Of a stretch of 64,000 bases of DNA, positions 24,819 through 38,497 are shown one piece after another. A program made the position numbers and the translations under genes. Source of the stretch: Octopus sinensis (lineage: Eukaryota); assembly GCF_006345805.1 (NCBI RefSeq), contig NC_043000.1, positions 154,256,001-154,320,000 of the forward strand, in the 5' to 3' direction. The notes beneath the pieces were generated by a model that made no database searches, was not told the origin of the DNA, and worked only from the letters and a program-made list of their open reading frames with translations. Each line of letters begins with the position of its first letter. The first letter of the stretch is position 1.

Positions 24819-27432
24819 AATTTAAAGTAATTGAAAGAAACACAGAGCATCTCAACAGAAATACAGTAACGAAAGGGTTAAAATAAAATGAATAAAAATA
24901 GCTTGGCACCAGCCATCTTCATCCAAGATGAAACTGTGCAGAGCTATGATGACGTAACTGAAGAATTTTTAACATTTCACATATGTAAAGAATAAACTTA
25001 AAACTCTGTAATGTGTGACTTGTTGCATACAACTATGCTGTTGTCAGCTAATAGAAGAAGTAAAGAAGGTAAAAGGTTGCTCTGTCCAACAGTTACATAA
25101 CAGATTAACATGAAAATAGCTCATTAGTGACATGATTCCTCATGCAGAGGCTGAGAAAAGATATACAGTAATGGGTGATTGTGTGGTAAGGGAATGTTTG
25201 AGATAAGGGCACTGGTAAGCAGGAGAGATGATTGATGAAGGGAAAGGTGGGAGTAAAATAAATATTAGACACACTGATAGAATGATTGCTTGACATTTTC
25301 TAAAAGGTCGTCGGTGTATATATAAATCAGTTTAATGATAGATGAGTGGGGAAGGGATTAGAGAAACACTGGAAAATTAAACAGTGAGAAAACCCATGGA
25401 GTCAAGATGAAAAAAAAAAATTTACATACAAAAAAAAACAAAAAAAAAAAGGAAGCAGTATATGAGAAGAGAGAAAGAGGAAAGAAAGAGAGAACTAGGT
25501 ATTTTCACATTCAGCAGAAAGAAATACAGACCCTCCAATTACTGGCAGAATTAGTCGTCTTTATTTAATAAGTGCAGGTTTTAATTTAGACTATTAATGC
25601 GATGTTACAAGCTTTAAAAAAATAAAAACACAAAAAAAAAAACACAAAAAAAAACCCCCCCCAAAAAAACCCGTAGTATTTAAATCATATCTAGGGATTT
25701 TAATTTATACCAACTGGTACAGAAGCAGCATAGTAAATCACACTTAAGACCTACAGAGCTGAAATTTCATTTTGCTCACTTGATGGAATATAGCTGAAGA
25801 AATACATTTACTCAATGGTTCAGACAATCTATTAATAGATCTACATTTGGTGGCATGATGGGGGTTTTTTTTTCATTACTCATGAGTGGAATATAGTTCA
25901 TTTCCACTCATATTTAACAAATGCTAAAAATCATAATTCCAGACTCCAAGTAGTTCCATCAAAAGAATATCTAATTAATCCTATTAAGTGAAAATATCTT
26001 TAATATTATTATTATGGGAAAACAAAAAAGGAAACGGTAAGCAAATATTCTTCAGTTCTTTCCTTCCTGGATGTAGTAATCATCCTGATATTAAATGGAA
26101 CTCAGTTTATAGCATTTTCATAGGGTAAAGTGAAAAACATTTCCTTCTTTGCCACAGCATTTGGCTCTGAGCCATCTAATAAATTTTGGCATTATGCTAT
26201 CTAATACATAATTATTTTTATTATTAGGTCAATTTTTGCTTTTCATCCTTTCAGAATCGGTAAAATAAGGTATTAGTCAAGTACTGGGATTTCAGGTATC
26301 AACTTCCTTCGAATTAGCTGGCCCTGTGCCTAAATCAGAAACCTGAAATAAATGGCACAGTTAAATATTGATACTAAAGTGGAATGTATTATTGGAAATA
26401 ACTAAAATACATAAAAACCAGTGAAGTCTTACAGATGTCAAGATTAAACCTATTCAATTCATCTGTTGAAGATGAGAGTAGTAAAACAAGCTACACTCTA
26501 TACAGCATTATAGCAGCCCTCCACTCTGTTACATGCTGATAATAGTGATTTTTTTCAGCTATCTAGTCTGGTGGTGGTGGTGGTGGTGGTGGTGGTAGTG
26601 ATGGTGATGCTGCTGGTTGGCATTCCAGCACTGACTATTCCACACATGGTCACAAGGCCATATTTACTGCATACCAACACATACCATATTATCTCTTTAA
26701 ATGAGAGGGCAACTGAACAAGGTCAGAGTCCTTGACCTGTTACTGAACAGAGAGAGAAGGGTGCTAGATACATTCATTACCAGCACTTCTACTACAAATA
26801 GACCATGCAGTTTAGGTTTGTGGCACAAACAAACAGGAACATAATTTCAAAATATTGAGGAGAAACATTATATTGTTAAAGATGAGTCAATAATTAATAC
26901 GAGGAAAATATATATAATGTCACAAGAGAAAGTTTGTTTTTAGAGAGTTCACTATCTATAAGGATGTGTAACCCTTAGAGGGGGAAAGAGAGATAGGCAG
27001 AGTGCAGAAGAGCTATTAAAACCCACTTTATAATATACCAATCATATTTTAAAAGCTGCAATTCATAATTATTATCAGCTTGACAGAAATACATCCAATG
27101 CAAAAGACTGTAGCAATGGTGTGGCAGTAGAAGAAAATACATTCGTATATTTTTATTGGTTCTATTTAAAAAACAGAAAATGAACCAAAATTTTATAATT
27201 CAGACCACAGTGTGGGCTGAAGAAACTAAAAGAAAAGTAGAATCCAAAGCGACATACACATTACACAATATTCAAGATTTGATATTTATGTCCTTCAGTA
27301 ATTTCATACCAATTATTTTATAAAATCTATTTTATTAACCATCTGACAGATGTCAAATCCAGAAAAAGTATTTTAAAAAATAAGAGTTGTGATTCCACAT
27401 TTATATCAAACATAAGAACATTATATAAACAT

Positions 27433-27782
27433 AGGCGCAGGAGTGGCTGTGTGGCAAGTAGCTTGCTAACCAACCACATGGTTCCGGGTTCAGTCTTCTG
27501 CTATAGCCTCGGGCCGACGAAAGCCTTGTGAGTGGATTTGGTAGACAGAAATTGATAGAAGCCTGTCGTATGTGTGTGTGTCTCTGTTTGTCCCCCTAGC
27601 ATTGCTTGACAACCGATGCTGGTGTGTTTACGTCCCCGTCACTTAGCGGTTCGGCAAAAGAGACCGATAGAATAAGTACTGGGCTTATAAAGAATAAGTC
27701 CCAGGGTCGATTTGCTCGACTAAAGGCGGTGCTCCAGCATGGCCGCAGTCAAATGACTGAAACAAGTAAAAGAGTAAAGAGT
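27433..27782 (+). mobile_element. S1 SINE (small internal deletion after B box)
   Basis: Family match. Confidence 0.9.
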
Positions 27783-28232
27783 AATTGATAGATACAAAAA
27801 TACACAAATGTGAACAGAGCAAACAAAATCAGTTATGATGAGTGTATATTTTGTAGTAAAGAGACGGATACAATCAATTGTCAAATATATGCATAATACA
27901 TGTGTATTTGCAAAAAACTTGCAGACATACCAGCATGTACGTTTTTTACAAATGAGAATGCAATCACTAAGCACACTCAAACGAAGTGAAACACTAGAGG
28001 GATATTCGGAACGTCTAGCTTGAATGCAAGATAACTACAATCTAAATCACCAGATAAAATAAGTGAACAACTTGACAAACTACTCTATGCTAGGGTGCTT
28101 GAAACATCTGGGTAAGTGGAGAGGATTGAACTCCTCACCTCACCTCTCTCCAGCACCATTAATCATTTCTTTCTTGAGTTGATAAAATAAAAGCACCTGT
28201 CCAAACAATGCATCCACCTGAATTAACTAGAC

Positions 28233-28467
28233 CAGTGGTTCTCTCAAATGGGATCCATACAAGATTTTGTCGTTAAAATTTACGTAGAATAAATTGGTTA
28301 TACTCCAACAATACACAAAATATTTTAATTTTCCTTGTATGATTCCTAATTATATTTAATTATAAAAATAATAGGATTTTTAAAAAATGTAAAATGGTTA
28401 TGAGAATGCATCCAAGGGAAACAAGAATCAAGGGGGTCCATAAGTAAAAAATGGTTGAGAAGCACTG
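28233..28467. mobile_element. hAT (Charlie-like) MITE, 235 bp
   Basis: Termini CAGTGGTTCTC / TTGAGAAGCACTG. Perfect 8-bp TSD AACTAGAC (28225-28232, 28468-28475). Confidence 0.88.
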
Positions 28468-28956
28468 AACTAGACCTTCCTACCTTGTACCCATGTCAGA
28501 AATTCATATTTCTATTACATTGTTCTGATGATGCGATTTGCCCCCACTTCAAAATATGTCAAGTAATTCCCTAGTACTTAAACAGAAAAATCTATAAGTT
28601 TCAAAATTTCTTGTCTGAAATCTCTGAAAAATTCTAATCACGTATTTATGAAGATTCTGGGTATGCCATCTTCATTTAGCACATTCACAATCAAAATATG
28701 ACATCATCTAAAACACTAATCAAATAATAGTGTAATGAAAATAGCAGACCAGGGTTAATTTGTTTAACAAAAACTGGTTTGATTCAAACAAATTCCCTTT
28801 TTACAGTTCATATTGAGAATGAGTCAGAGTTCAGCCTTATAGTCAAAAAGCTGTAATAATAGTGATATCTTAGATCAGATTATAATTAATTTGACCAATA
28901 AAATGAAAATTCTAAAATTAATAGTAAAATGGTTATAATGTTTGGCAATTGTCAAC

Positions 28957-29134
28957 AGGCACAGGAGTGGCTGTGTGGTAAGTAGCTTGTTTACCAACCA
29001 CATGGTTCTGGGTTCAGTCCCACTGTGTGGCACCTAGGGCAAGTGTCTTCTACTATAGCCTCGGGCCGACCAAAGCCTTGTGAGTGGATTTGATAGACGG
29101 AAACTGAAAGAAGCCCGTCGTATATATGCATGTA

Positions 29135-29169
<35 letters not shown>

Positions 29170-29378
29170 GTGCGTGGGTGTGTTTGTATCCCTAGCATTG
29201 CTTGACAACCGATGCTGGTGTGTTTATGTCCCCGTTACTTAGCGGTTCGGCAAAGGAGACCGATAGAATAAGTACTGGGCTTACAAAAGAATAAGACCCG
29301 GGGTCGAGTTGCTTGATTAAAGGCAGTGCTCCAGCATGGCTGCAGTCAAATGACTGAAACAAGTAAAAGAGTAAGAGT
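28957..29378 (+). mobile_element. S1 SINE
   Basis: Full-length family match. Confidence 0.9.
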
Positions 29379-31137
29379 ATGTCTGAGCATTTTCAAAAGA
29401 CACTCTAAACATAAGTCCTTTAATGCCACCATTTCTAGAAGTACTTAATGTCTACTAGCTAGTATTGCAACTGTAATGTCTTCCTTTTTAATTAAATTGC
29501 TATCTGAGAACGAGATGTCATCTGTAACCTCTGTATACTCTTAGTTATCAGCAGTAAAACAGGTGGTTGTGAGACAGAAGAGAAAACAATCACTTGGCAT
29601 GTGACTTTCAGTTCCTTGACAATTAAAGATTAGCAGCTTACCCAAGTATTTGGACCCATAAAAGTAAAGAAAGTCACAGTTAATTTCAGTGTGCTTTGTG
29701 ATTGGATCAAATAAAATATTCATTTTTCTCTAATATTATGCATGAGTAAAGGGTTATACTAGCCGTAAAACATTGCAAATGTTTGCAGCCATGGGTGTGC
29801 ACATCAAACAACAAAGTGTTCAATTTCAATAGCTTCACTGTTTTGTGTGTTGATTGTGTTTGTACAAGTGTAAAGCTTTTTGGGATACAGAATGTGAAGT
29901 TTTAGATGGCATGAAGTACTGAGGCAGAATAACTAGAGACATCAGAGTGGGCTCAAGTAGACAAGTAAATCTTACATACTGAATGTTGCTAAATGAAAAG
30001 GAAAAAGTTGAAAAGCTTAGTTGGGGTAAGTGCCAATAGAGTGATGCATTGACTCAGAGTAACAGAAAATATGCAGGGCCAGAGACTTTGGTAACTTTAG
30101 AGTAGTTAAAAACCTTGACAGTTAAAATTTTTTAAATGATGGCCAACGTAAGTGAAAATGTCTTTCCCCATGGGAACAGAACCATCAGAAAGATTTAGGA
30201 GGGAAAGACAATTGACCAAAGTTGTAAAGGAGTTTTATAAAGAACATTGCAATCACTTAACTGTTAGGAAGTTTTATTTATTAGTACTTATTTTGTTGTG
30301 CTAACTCTTAACACTGAAGTTTTCTATACTCACAACTAGTGCTTCAAATTGCAATAAATTCCATTGTAATTTAGTTCAAGTGAAAATAATAAATTTTGTT
30401 TAATTTTTGCAGCTGTTTTTTAGTTTAATGTAATGAAAACATAAGTGGCTGTTCTTTCAGAACTGATTTTAAAACAGAACTATGCTTTAAAACTGATCTT
30501 TCTCATGTTACAATGAGAAGGGGGAATAAAATAAATCCATTAAATTGACGATGGTGAGTAAACTAGAACTAATCCTTTTACTTGCTACTTACAAAGAAAC
30601 AAACACACACAACAAAATATGCAATGGATATTGTACCATAAAGAGTAGTCAAGCAAGCATGCTTGGGTTATGAATTTCCACCAATATTCGAAGCTCTACC
30701 AGTTCAAAAAGACTTCACACAGCTTATTTAACAACAATATCAATAACAACTAGAGAGAGATGACTCCTCAAAAATCAATATTGCTGGTTCAGGACACAAT
30801 TACTTAATGAAATAGAAGGTGGATAGAGTTCGTTGCAACTGAACAGCATGGTTGATAGTAATAAATAAACCACATTAGCAATCTCTTCTATCTCTTAGTT
30901 TTTTTGATTTATAAGAAGAACCAGTGAACTGCCATTGTCAAGGGGTCCAACTGCAGCAACAATTTTTCTGGAACTATATGATTGCTTGTACTTACAATAA
31001 TTCTTGAATGTAAGTTTGAGAAAAAGAAGATATACTGCTAAAATTAGATTAACATGTCAAGCAGGAGATGAAATTCATTTTAGATTTAACATAACAGAGA
31101 GTAGGAAAGAGGAATTTTAATAGTATTAATTTTTCAT

Positions 31138-31384
31138 GGTGGCACGTTAAAAGCACCAACCGATTGGGGCCGCTGCCAGACTTCCCTGGCACCTGTGCCG
31201 GTGGCACGTAAAAAGCACCCACTACACTCGCAGAGTGGTTGGCGTTAGGAAGGGCATCCAGCTGTAGAAACACTGCCAGATCAGACTGGAGCCTGGTGCA
31301 GCCTTCTGGCTTCCCAGACCCTGGTTGAACCGTCCAACCCGTGTTAGTGCGGAAAACGGACGTTAAACGATGATGATGATGATG
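31138..31384 (+). mobile_element. S3 retroposon 3' part
   Basis: Family core plus (GAT)n tail. Confidence 0.85.
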
Positions 31385-31850
31385 AATGCTGCTACAGTGA
31401 ACCAAATTAACTGCTAGTTTGTCAGACAGTAAAATCAACTTCAAGATAGCATCACTGTACACAATTGGATAATAGCGAAGAGGGGTTTCTTTATTTCTCA
31501 TTTAAACAGTGAACATACAATGTCAAAGCTGAGACAGGGTATTTACCATCACTGATATTAAGCTAAAAAACCTTAATTCTTTCTAAAAATCCATACAACA
31601 GCAGATTTATTTAACAGATGAGAGATACATCTCCTTGGATCAGACACTAGTCTACCACAGGTTATTTCTCCTGTGGAATTAACTGAGTCAAGTACTGCAA
31701 GCCAATTAACCACTATACAGCTTGTGTCAACAATGAGACACCTACGTAGTTAGAAGAACACTTGCAGGTCTACAACTAGAGGAAAATATGGGCAAGAAGG
31801 GAATTCCTGAAGGGTTAACATTCTAGGAAGGCATAATTATATACAGTCAA

Positions 31851-32074
31851 GGCGTCGAGCTGGCAGAAACGTTCGCATGCTGGGCGAAATGCGTTGCCGT
31901 CTGCCGTTACACTCCGAGTTCAAATTCTGCCAAGGTCGACTTTGCCTTTCATCCTTCCAGGGTCGATAAATTAAGTACCAGTTACGCACTGGGGTCGATG
32001 TAATCGACTTAATCACTTTGTCTGTCCTTGTTTGTCTCCTCTGTGTTTAGCCCCTTGTGGGTAGTAAAGAAATA
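31851..32074 (+). mobile_element. S2 SINE
   Basis: Full-length family match. Confidence 0.88.
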
Positions 32075-32503
32075 TATATATAGTTAAGAGGTTGAAGGAA
32101 GACAAAATGGATGGTGAAAAGAAGAGATAGATGGACCTAGGTGGAGATGGCACAATACCAGCCAACTCTAAGAAGTACAGTAGAAAAGGCAGAGTGAAAA
32201 GGTAGTACATATGTGCACTAGAGGTTGGACCGCTGACGAGTGACTTTACCAATAGCATCTCCACAGATTAGAAGTATTAATTCATTGATTTCACTTGAGC
32301 TTTATAAAATATCAACAACTGTTGAGAGCTGAACTGTGTCCGGGTCTTAAGACCACTTTTGAGATGGATTTTTTTTATTATGTTGGAGATATAAAATCAC
32401 AAGGAAGAATTGTCAGTTATTGTGAAGAGACTTAGTATTTGTAATGATTTAAAAAAGGTTTTAGTTATGTAGTCTCCATGACAAGAGCTGAAGAGTGTAT
32501 AAT

Positions 32504-32664
32504 GCTGAGTGGCTGTGTGGCAAGTAGCTTGCTAAACAACCACATGGTTCCGGGTTCAGTACCACTGCATGGCATCTTGGGCAAGTGTCTTCTGCTATAG
32601 CCCCGGGCTGACCAATGCCTTGTGAGTGGATTTGGTAGACGGAAACTGAAAGAAGCCTGTCGTG

Positions 32665-32702
<38 letters not shown>

Positions 32703-32843
32703 GTGTTGTGTGTGTGTGTGGTGTGTGGTGTGTCTGTGTCTGTGTCTGTGTCTGTGTGTCTGTGTGTGTGTGTGTGGTGTGTGGTGTGTGTGTGTGTGGT
32801 TGTGTGTGTGTGTGTTGTGTGTGTGGTGTGTGTGTGTGTGTGT

Positions 32844-32876
<33 letters not shown>

Positions 32877-32937
32877 TTGTGTGTGTGTGTGTGTGTGGTG
32901 GTGTGTGTGTGTGTGTGTGTGGGTGTGTGGTGTGTGT

Positions 32938-32983
<46 letters not shown>

Positions 32984-33062
32984 TGTGGTGTGTGTGGTGT
33001 GTGTGGTGTGTGTGTGTGGTGTGTGTGTGTGGTGTGTGTGGTGTGTGTGTGTGGTGTGTGTG

Positions 33063-33111
<49 letters not shown>

Positions 33112-33325
33112 TGTCTGTCTGTCTGTCCTCCCTAGCATTGCTTGACAACTGATGCTGGTGTGTTTATGTCCCCGTCACTTAGCGGTTCGGCAAAAGAGAC
33201 CAATAGAATAAGTACTGGGCTTACAAAAGAATAAGTCCCGGGGTCGATTTGCTCGACTAAAGGCGGTGCTCCAGCATGGCCACAGTCAAATGACTGAAAC
33301 AAGTAAAAGAGTAAAGAGTAAGAGT
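32504..33325 (+). mobile_element. S1 SINE with ~460-bp internal (TG)n expansion
   Basis: Normal 5' and 3' halves separated by a complex TG/TGG array at about 32660-33125. Confidence 0.9.
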
Positions 33326-34921
33326 ATAATAGTGAGTTAGTCATCTTGGTATGATGCTATTTTAGCTTGTAGTACAAAATGTCAACATTGTCGGACTTAG
33401 TTAAGAAAAACACTTCAGACAATCAAGATGAACTTAAACTAATATACTGGAATATACTCTTGGATATTATAAGGACCGGTGAAGTTCAACTGTAAATCTT
33501 TGTACACCACAAACAAGTGGTGTACAAAGCAGCAAAATGGTCAAAGAGATAAGATATTGAACTGCTTGTCCATAAGATGCAAGTTCAAACCTCCAGGCAT
33601 TGTGTTTCTTGAAGTTAGGGATACATTCTACATTACAATAGCAAGTTTGGGGAATAGGTACCTGATCACATGAGAATGTTAGCCATGTTTAAAAAAAGCA
33701 GCTTTACTCAATAAGAGGGTTATCTTCCACATGTCTAATCTCTGAGTCAGAAAACTGGAGTCAAGTACTAACTCCTAAAAGTCCCCATGGTGCCCAAGAA
33801 GCATTTGCATCATATTTGATATTTAGTGGGGGGAAAAAAAAAGAAAAAAATTTTAAGAAAAAGAAAAAGTACATCTGCTGGTACTAAATTTCAAAATATT
33901 ACTTGCTGATAAACATTCACAGATTAAAGCAAAGGAAGACAAGAGCTTATCAAAAGCTGTTTGTTTTTTATATATTTTATTTTGTTATAGCCAGAGAAAT
34001 GCTATAGTTATTACTTAATGAGGTGACAGGGATAGGTCAAGACTGAAATTGCACATATGGACTGGACACAATCAACAATGAGAGTGTCATCACATCTGAC
34101 AGTTGGCTCTTTCAGACTTGAATAAAGAACAGCTGGAATAAATTCTAAAATAATGTCCTCTTAATGTAGTTGGCTCTACTAAACATATCAAAGGTAGCTA
34201 GATGAGAAAGAGAATCTCTGGATGTTAGGACTTGCTTAATATAATTAGCACTTTTAACAGCTGGTTAGTTATCTATTGCATCCCCACATCAACATACACA
34301 CCTCAGTGATAAGAAAAAAAAAAACACTTGCAAACAGCACCAAAAGAACAAAAAAAAAAAATAATAAAAATAAACTGATATCGTAGTTATCTAGTTCTTT
34401 CATGGACAGATAAACCAAAATTCCTACACTAGTGACTGAAGATCCTGTTTTCATCCCACCCTCCCTAAGTATAAGTATCAGAATTCACATGCTCCTAAAA
34501 TGACAGTCAACTTACTACAGGCTATATAAAGACATATATACATACATACATAGAAATATTTCTCTAGCTTGACTGACCCAACAACATTCTTAATACAAAG
34601 GACAAATTCGGTTAAAATATGCAGCTCACTGCCTTACAATAAATATTTCATCAGTTGATGGCAATTAGGTTGTAAAAACACTTCTACTGCATCAAGAATC
34701 GGAGAAGAACTATCTTATGCATTCATTAACTCTAAGTTGTATTTAGATTGCTGTGATGTTGCTTGCTCACTCACATCATCAAAGAAGACTACTAGGTAAC
34801 AACAATCAAAAGGTTAAAGTGGATAAGTGAAGACAGATAATCATTAATTAATACAGCAGTTATGGGTTACATTTGATGCTTTTAAGAAAAGCTTCATTTA
34901 TAATGAATAGTGGTAAAATCC

Positions 34922-35330
34922 TATTCCTTTACTACCCACAAGGGGCTAAACACAGAGGGGACAAACAAGGACAGACAAACGGATTAAGTCGATTACATCG
35001 ACCCCAGTGCGTAACTGGTACATATTTAATCAACCGCGAAAGAATGAAAGGCAAAGTCGTCCTCAGGGGTATTTGAACTCAGAACGTAGCGGCAGACGAC
35101 ATACCCATTTCTTTACTACCCACAAGGGGCTAAACACAGAGAGGTCAAACAAGGACAGACACACAGATTAAGTCGATTACATCGACCCCAGTGCGTAACT
35201 GGTGCTTATTTAATCGATCCCGAAAGGATGAAAAGCAAAGTCGTCCCCGGTGGAATTTGAACTCAGAATGTAGTGGCAGGCAAAATACCGCTAAGCATTT
35301 CGCTCGGCGTTCTAGTGATTCTGTCAGCTC
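34922..35330 (-). mobile_element. Tandem S2 SINE dimer (full copy plus 5'-truncated copy)
   Basis: Two head-to-tail S2 copies joined at about 35106, flanked by aaaatcc on both sides. Confidence 0.85.
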
Positions 35331-36480
35331 GAAAATCCAAGTAGATGTAGCTTAGAGAAATGGATATATTATTGAGAGGACAGAGCGGAATAAATAGAGT
35401 ACCGAGCTATATGCTTTAGTTCTGTACTCTCATATTCTGAATAAGTCCCAAAGGCATCGGCTTTGCCCTTCAACAATCTCAAATAAATGTAACTGGTATC
35501 ACTAACTGGAGTGATACTCTACCTACAATAAGTGGTTTTAAATCATTGCTGCTTTCTGCAGCTTCAAACCAACAGCCCGACCTGAACAAACTTATAGCAT
35601 GTGAACAGCTCATCAAATATATAGGTGCAATTTGTCAATCCAAAACACCAGATTCCTGTTATCAATGAGGTCTACACTGCTTATTGACATGCAATGTTTT
35701 GATGTATGGGACACAATGTTGCAAGTTGAACAGTTTGAGTTTGCTGTTTTACCTACCACCTTTTAAAAAACACTGACTAATGAATCCTGTCTGTTTTAAA
35801 ACACCAGTATGTGTGGTTTGAGGGAAAGTGGCTGGTATTTCATTCAAGCAAGTCCATCAACTATACAGAGGCCTCCCCTGTTTGTATGCCTGTACATCTT
35901 ATTGCTGGCCACTGATAGCACTCATCCCAGTATTGTGTTTGGGGACTAGTGCAGCTATTTTGGTACGTTTTGTGTTTATTGGGTAGACATGATAATGTTC
36001 TTAAGATAGTATTGTGTGCATTCATAAGAGTTTTGAGAATGATCTAATACAAAGGGACTGGTGCTGCAAAATTCAGGTTTTGGTACAGATTTGGATTGTG
36101 CTTTTCACATGCTCAGATGGGCTTCCATTTTCATAAGAATTTTTGTCCAATTTCATCGGCAGCTACACACACCTGGATTCTGCAAAGTACCTGACCTTGT
36201 ATTTGTTGAAAAAGAATTGGAAGGACAGACTGGAATGGCATAAGTTGCAATAAATGCGTTGGCTGCATACCAGTTATATGGTTTCTTCAAGTTGCTCAAA
36301 GTGACACTTGTGTTTACATACAGTTTTGCTTGTTAGGACATCTTTTATGGAGTGTTGTAACTTCTAACAGATTTTTATCTTTGTATTAGCTACATTTACA
36401 CACCATTCAGGATTGTGCGTTTCTCTGCATGCATGTGTATGCACAAACAAGTCTGAACGTTTGTGTAAACTTTTGTCTTC

Positions 36481-36711
36481 GGCGGCGAGCTGGCAGAAAC
36501 GTTAGCACGCCGGGCGAAAGGCTTAGCGGTATTTCGTCTGTCGTTACGTTCGGAGTTCAAATTCCGCCGAGGTCGACTTTGCCTTTCATCCTTTCGGGGT
36601 CGATAAATAAAGTACCAGTTTCGCACTGGGGTCGATGTAATTGGCTTAATCCGTTTGTCTGTCCTTGTTTGTCCCCTCTATGTTTAGCCCCTTGCGGGTA
36701 GTAAAGAAATA
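36481..36711 (+). mobile_element. S2 SINE
   Basis: Full length. TSD acttttgtctt. Confidence 0.9.
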
Positions 36712-37449
36712 TATACTTTTGTCTTAGTCTAAGGAGGAGTGACAGTACCCATGATCATATCAGGACCTCCAGAGCTAGTGAGAGAAATAGCAATTTACTT
36801 TGGACTGAAGACCTGACCTGAATATTTGCAACAGAAAGGACTATTAAAAGGCTTCTAAGGGCTCAGTGATCATGTTATAACAAGCAATAGACAAAGTCTA
36901 CCTCCAAACAATAGGAAAGGCCCAATCTAGGGCTCCAGCATATCTACCAAATTTCATATTGGTCAACCTGAAGCTGTAGAAAACACCTAGCAAAAGGGGG
37001 AAAAGAGCAGAACTGAACCCAAAACAGCATAATTGCAAAGTGAATTTCTTACCGCGACAGTCATTGCTGCTCTCATGGATTATATAGAGCAACAGTTACT
37101 ATCTCTGAACATAAAATTCCGAAAAGGCTTTACACTTTCCCCAAAATGATAGCATTCTATGAATACACTGAAGTTGAATGTGTTGAATCGTACAACCTTG
37201 ATATACATCCCTGTATACAAGTGGGTATCCATTATACAGACCGGTACAAAAAGCTGTTGGAGATGCTTGAAGTAGGTTTTATTTAGTTCAATACCAGTTT
37301 ACGACCATGACATCATCTTTATAGCTGATCTCTAGACAACCATAAAGATGTCATAATGCACCAATGAGACAGGAAGGGAGGTATATTAAATGTGTAAGCA
37401 GGCTATATATATATATATGGAAAGCGGACGCTAAACGATGATGATGATG

Positions 37450-37485
<36 letters not shown>

Positions 37486-38252
37486 TTCCAACTTTACTTA
37501 GTTCCTTTGACCTATTCTCGACTCCAAAATAACTGTTAGCAGATTAGTTTACTTATATTTACTTAAGAGTTGTTATCAATTGGTCCCTCTCCACATGTCT
37601 ACTCGGTTACTTATCACACCTCCCAGCTTAGCACAAACTTTTTCACTAAAAAAAAACTTTCCTTACTTTTTTGTAAAAGGTCCTTATCTAGTTATACAAG
37701 CATGTGTGTGTGTGTGTACACGTACGCTTGTGTGTGCAACCAGGTGTAAGATGGGTACAGGCATATTCGTATGCTCAAGTTTGCTTTGCAATGATATGGC
37801 CCTGGGCTCTATCCCCAACAGGATCAAAAGTATCTTCTACAACCTCAAGTCAACTGAGAATGAAATTGGCTAAATGAAAACTGGACCATACTTGTAATTC
37901 AGAAGGTCAGCATTTGTTTGGTCATGTTCTTTTTTTTTGGCCCTCAGCAGAAGAGCAATGACCATTACCTTTAATGTTACTAATTCTAACTGGTTTATGC
38001 ATAGTCTACTCTGCATCCACTCCCAGATGTCAATGACAGTATGATATGGATTTAAACAATTAACTCACTCTACACCACACACCTTTAAAAAAAAATCTAA
38101 AGCTTATAACTTTCAATTTAATTATGGCTAAAATTTTTAGCGGGGTTAAAAGTTTAACCCTTTCACATTTAAACTGTCCATATCCAGCCTAAATATTCTA
38201 CTTGTTTTATGTTAAAAAACAACCAGATCTGGTCCCTTATACTTATCAAACA

Positions 38253-38497
38253 ATCATTATTTAACATCTACTTTCCATGCTGGCATGGGTTGGACAGTTT
38301 GAGGACTGGGAAGCCAGGAGGCTGCATCAGGCTCCAATCTGTCCTGGCAAGTTTTCTACAGCTGGATGCCCCTCCTAATGCCAACTACTCCAAGAGTGTA
38401 GTGGGTGCTTTTTAAGTGCCACCAGTACAAAGGCCAGTCAGGTGGCACTGGCATCGACCACACTCAAATGGTGCTTTTTATGTGTTGCCAGCACTGG
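38253..38497 (-). mobile_element. S3 retroposon (diverged), adjacent to an M2 MITE left-end fragment (about 38156-38250)
   Basis: Family core with two subrepeats. Confidence 0.75.

Noticed and set aside
29636-29723. Minus-strand ...KYL G|gtaagc phase-1 donor as the candidate missing upstream kindlin exon
   Set aside because: The upstream translation has no similarity to the kindlin F1 N-terminal segment.
32461-33152. HT- and CV-rich ORFs of 150-227 aa
   Set aside because: (TG)n expansion inside a SINE.
35880-36420. Coding-like composition suggesting a degraded transposon ORF
   Set aside because: No frame gave a recognizable motif, so I cannot support a call without a database search.
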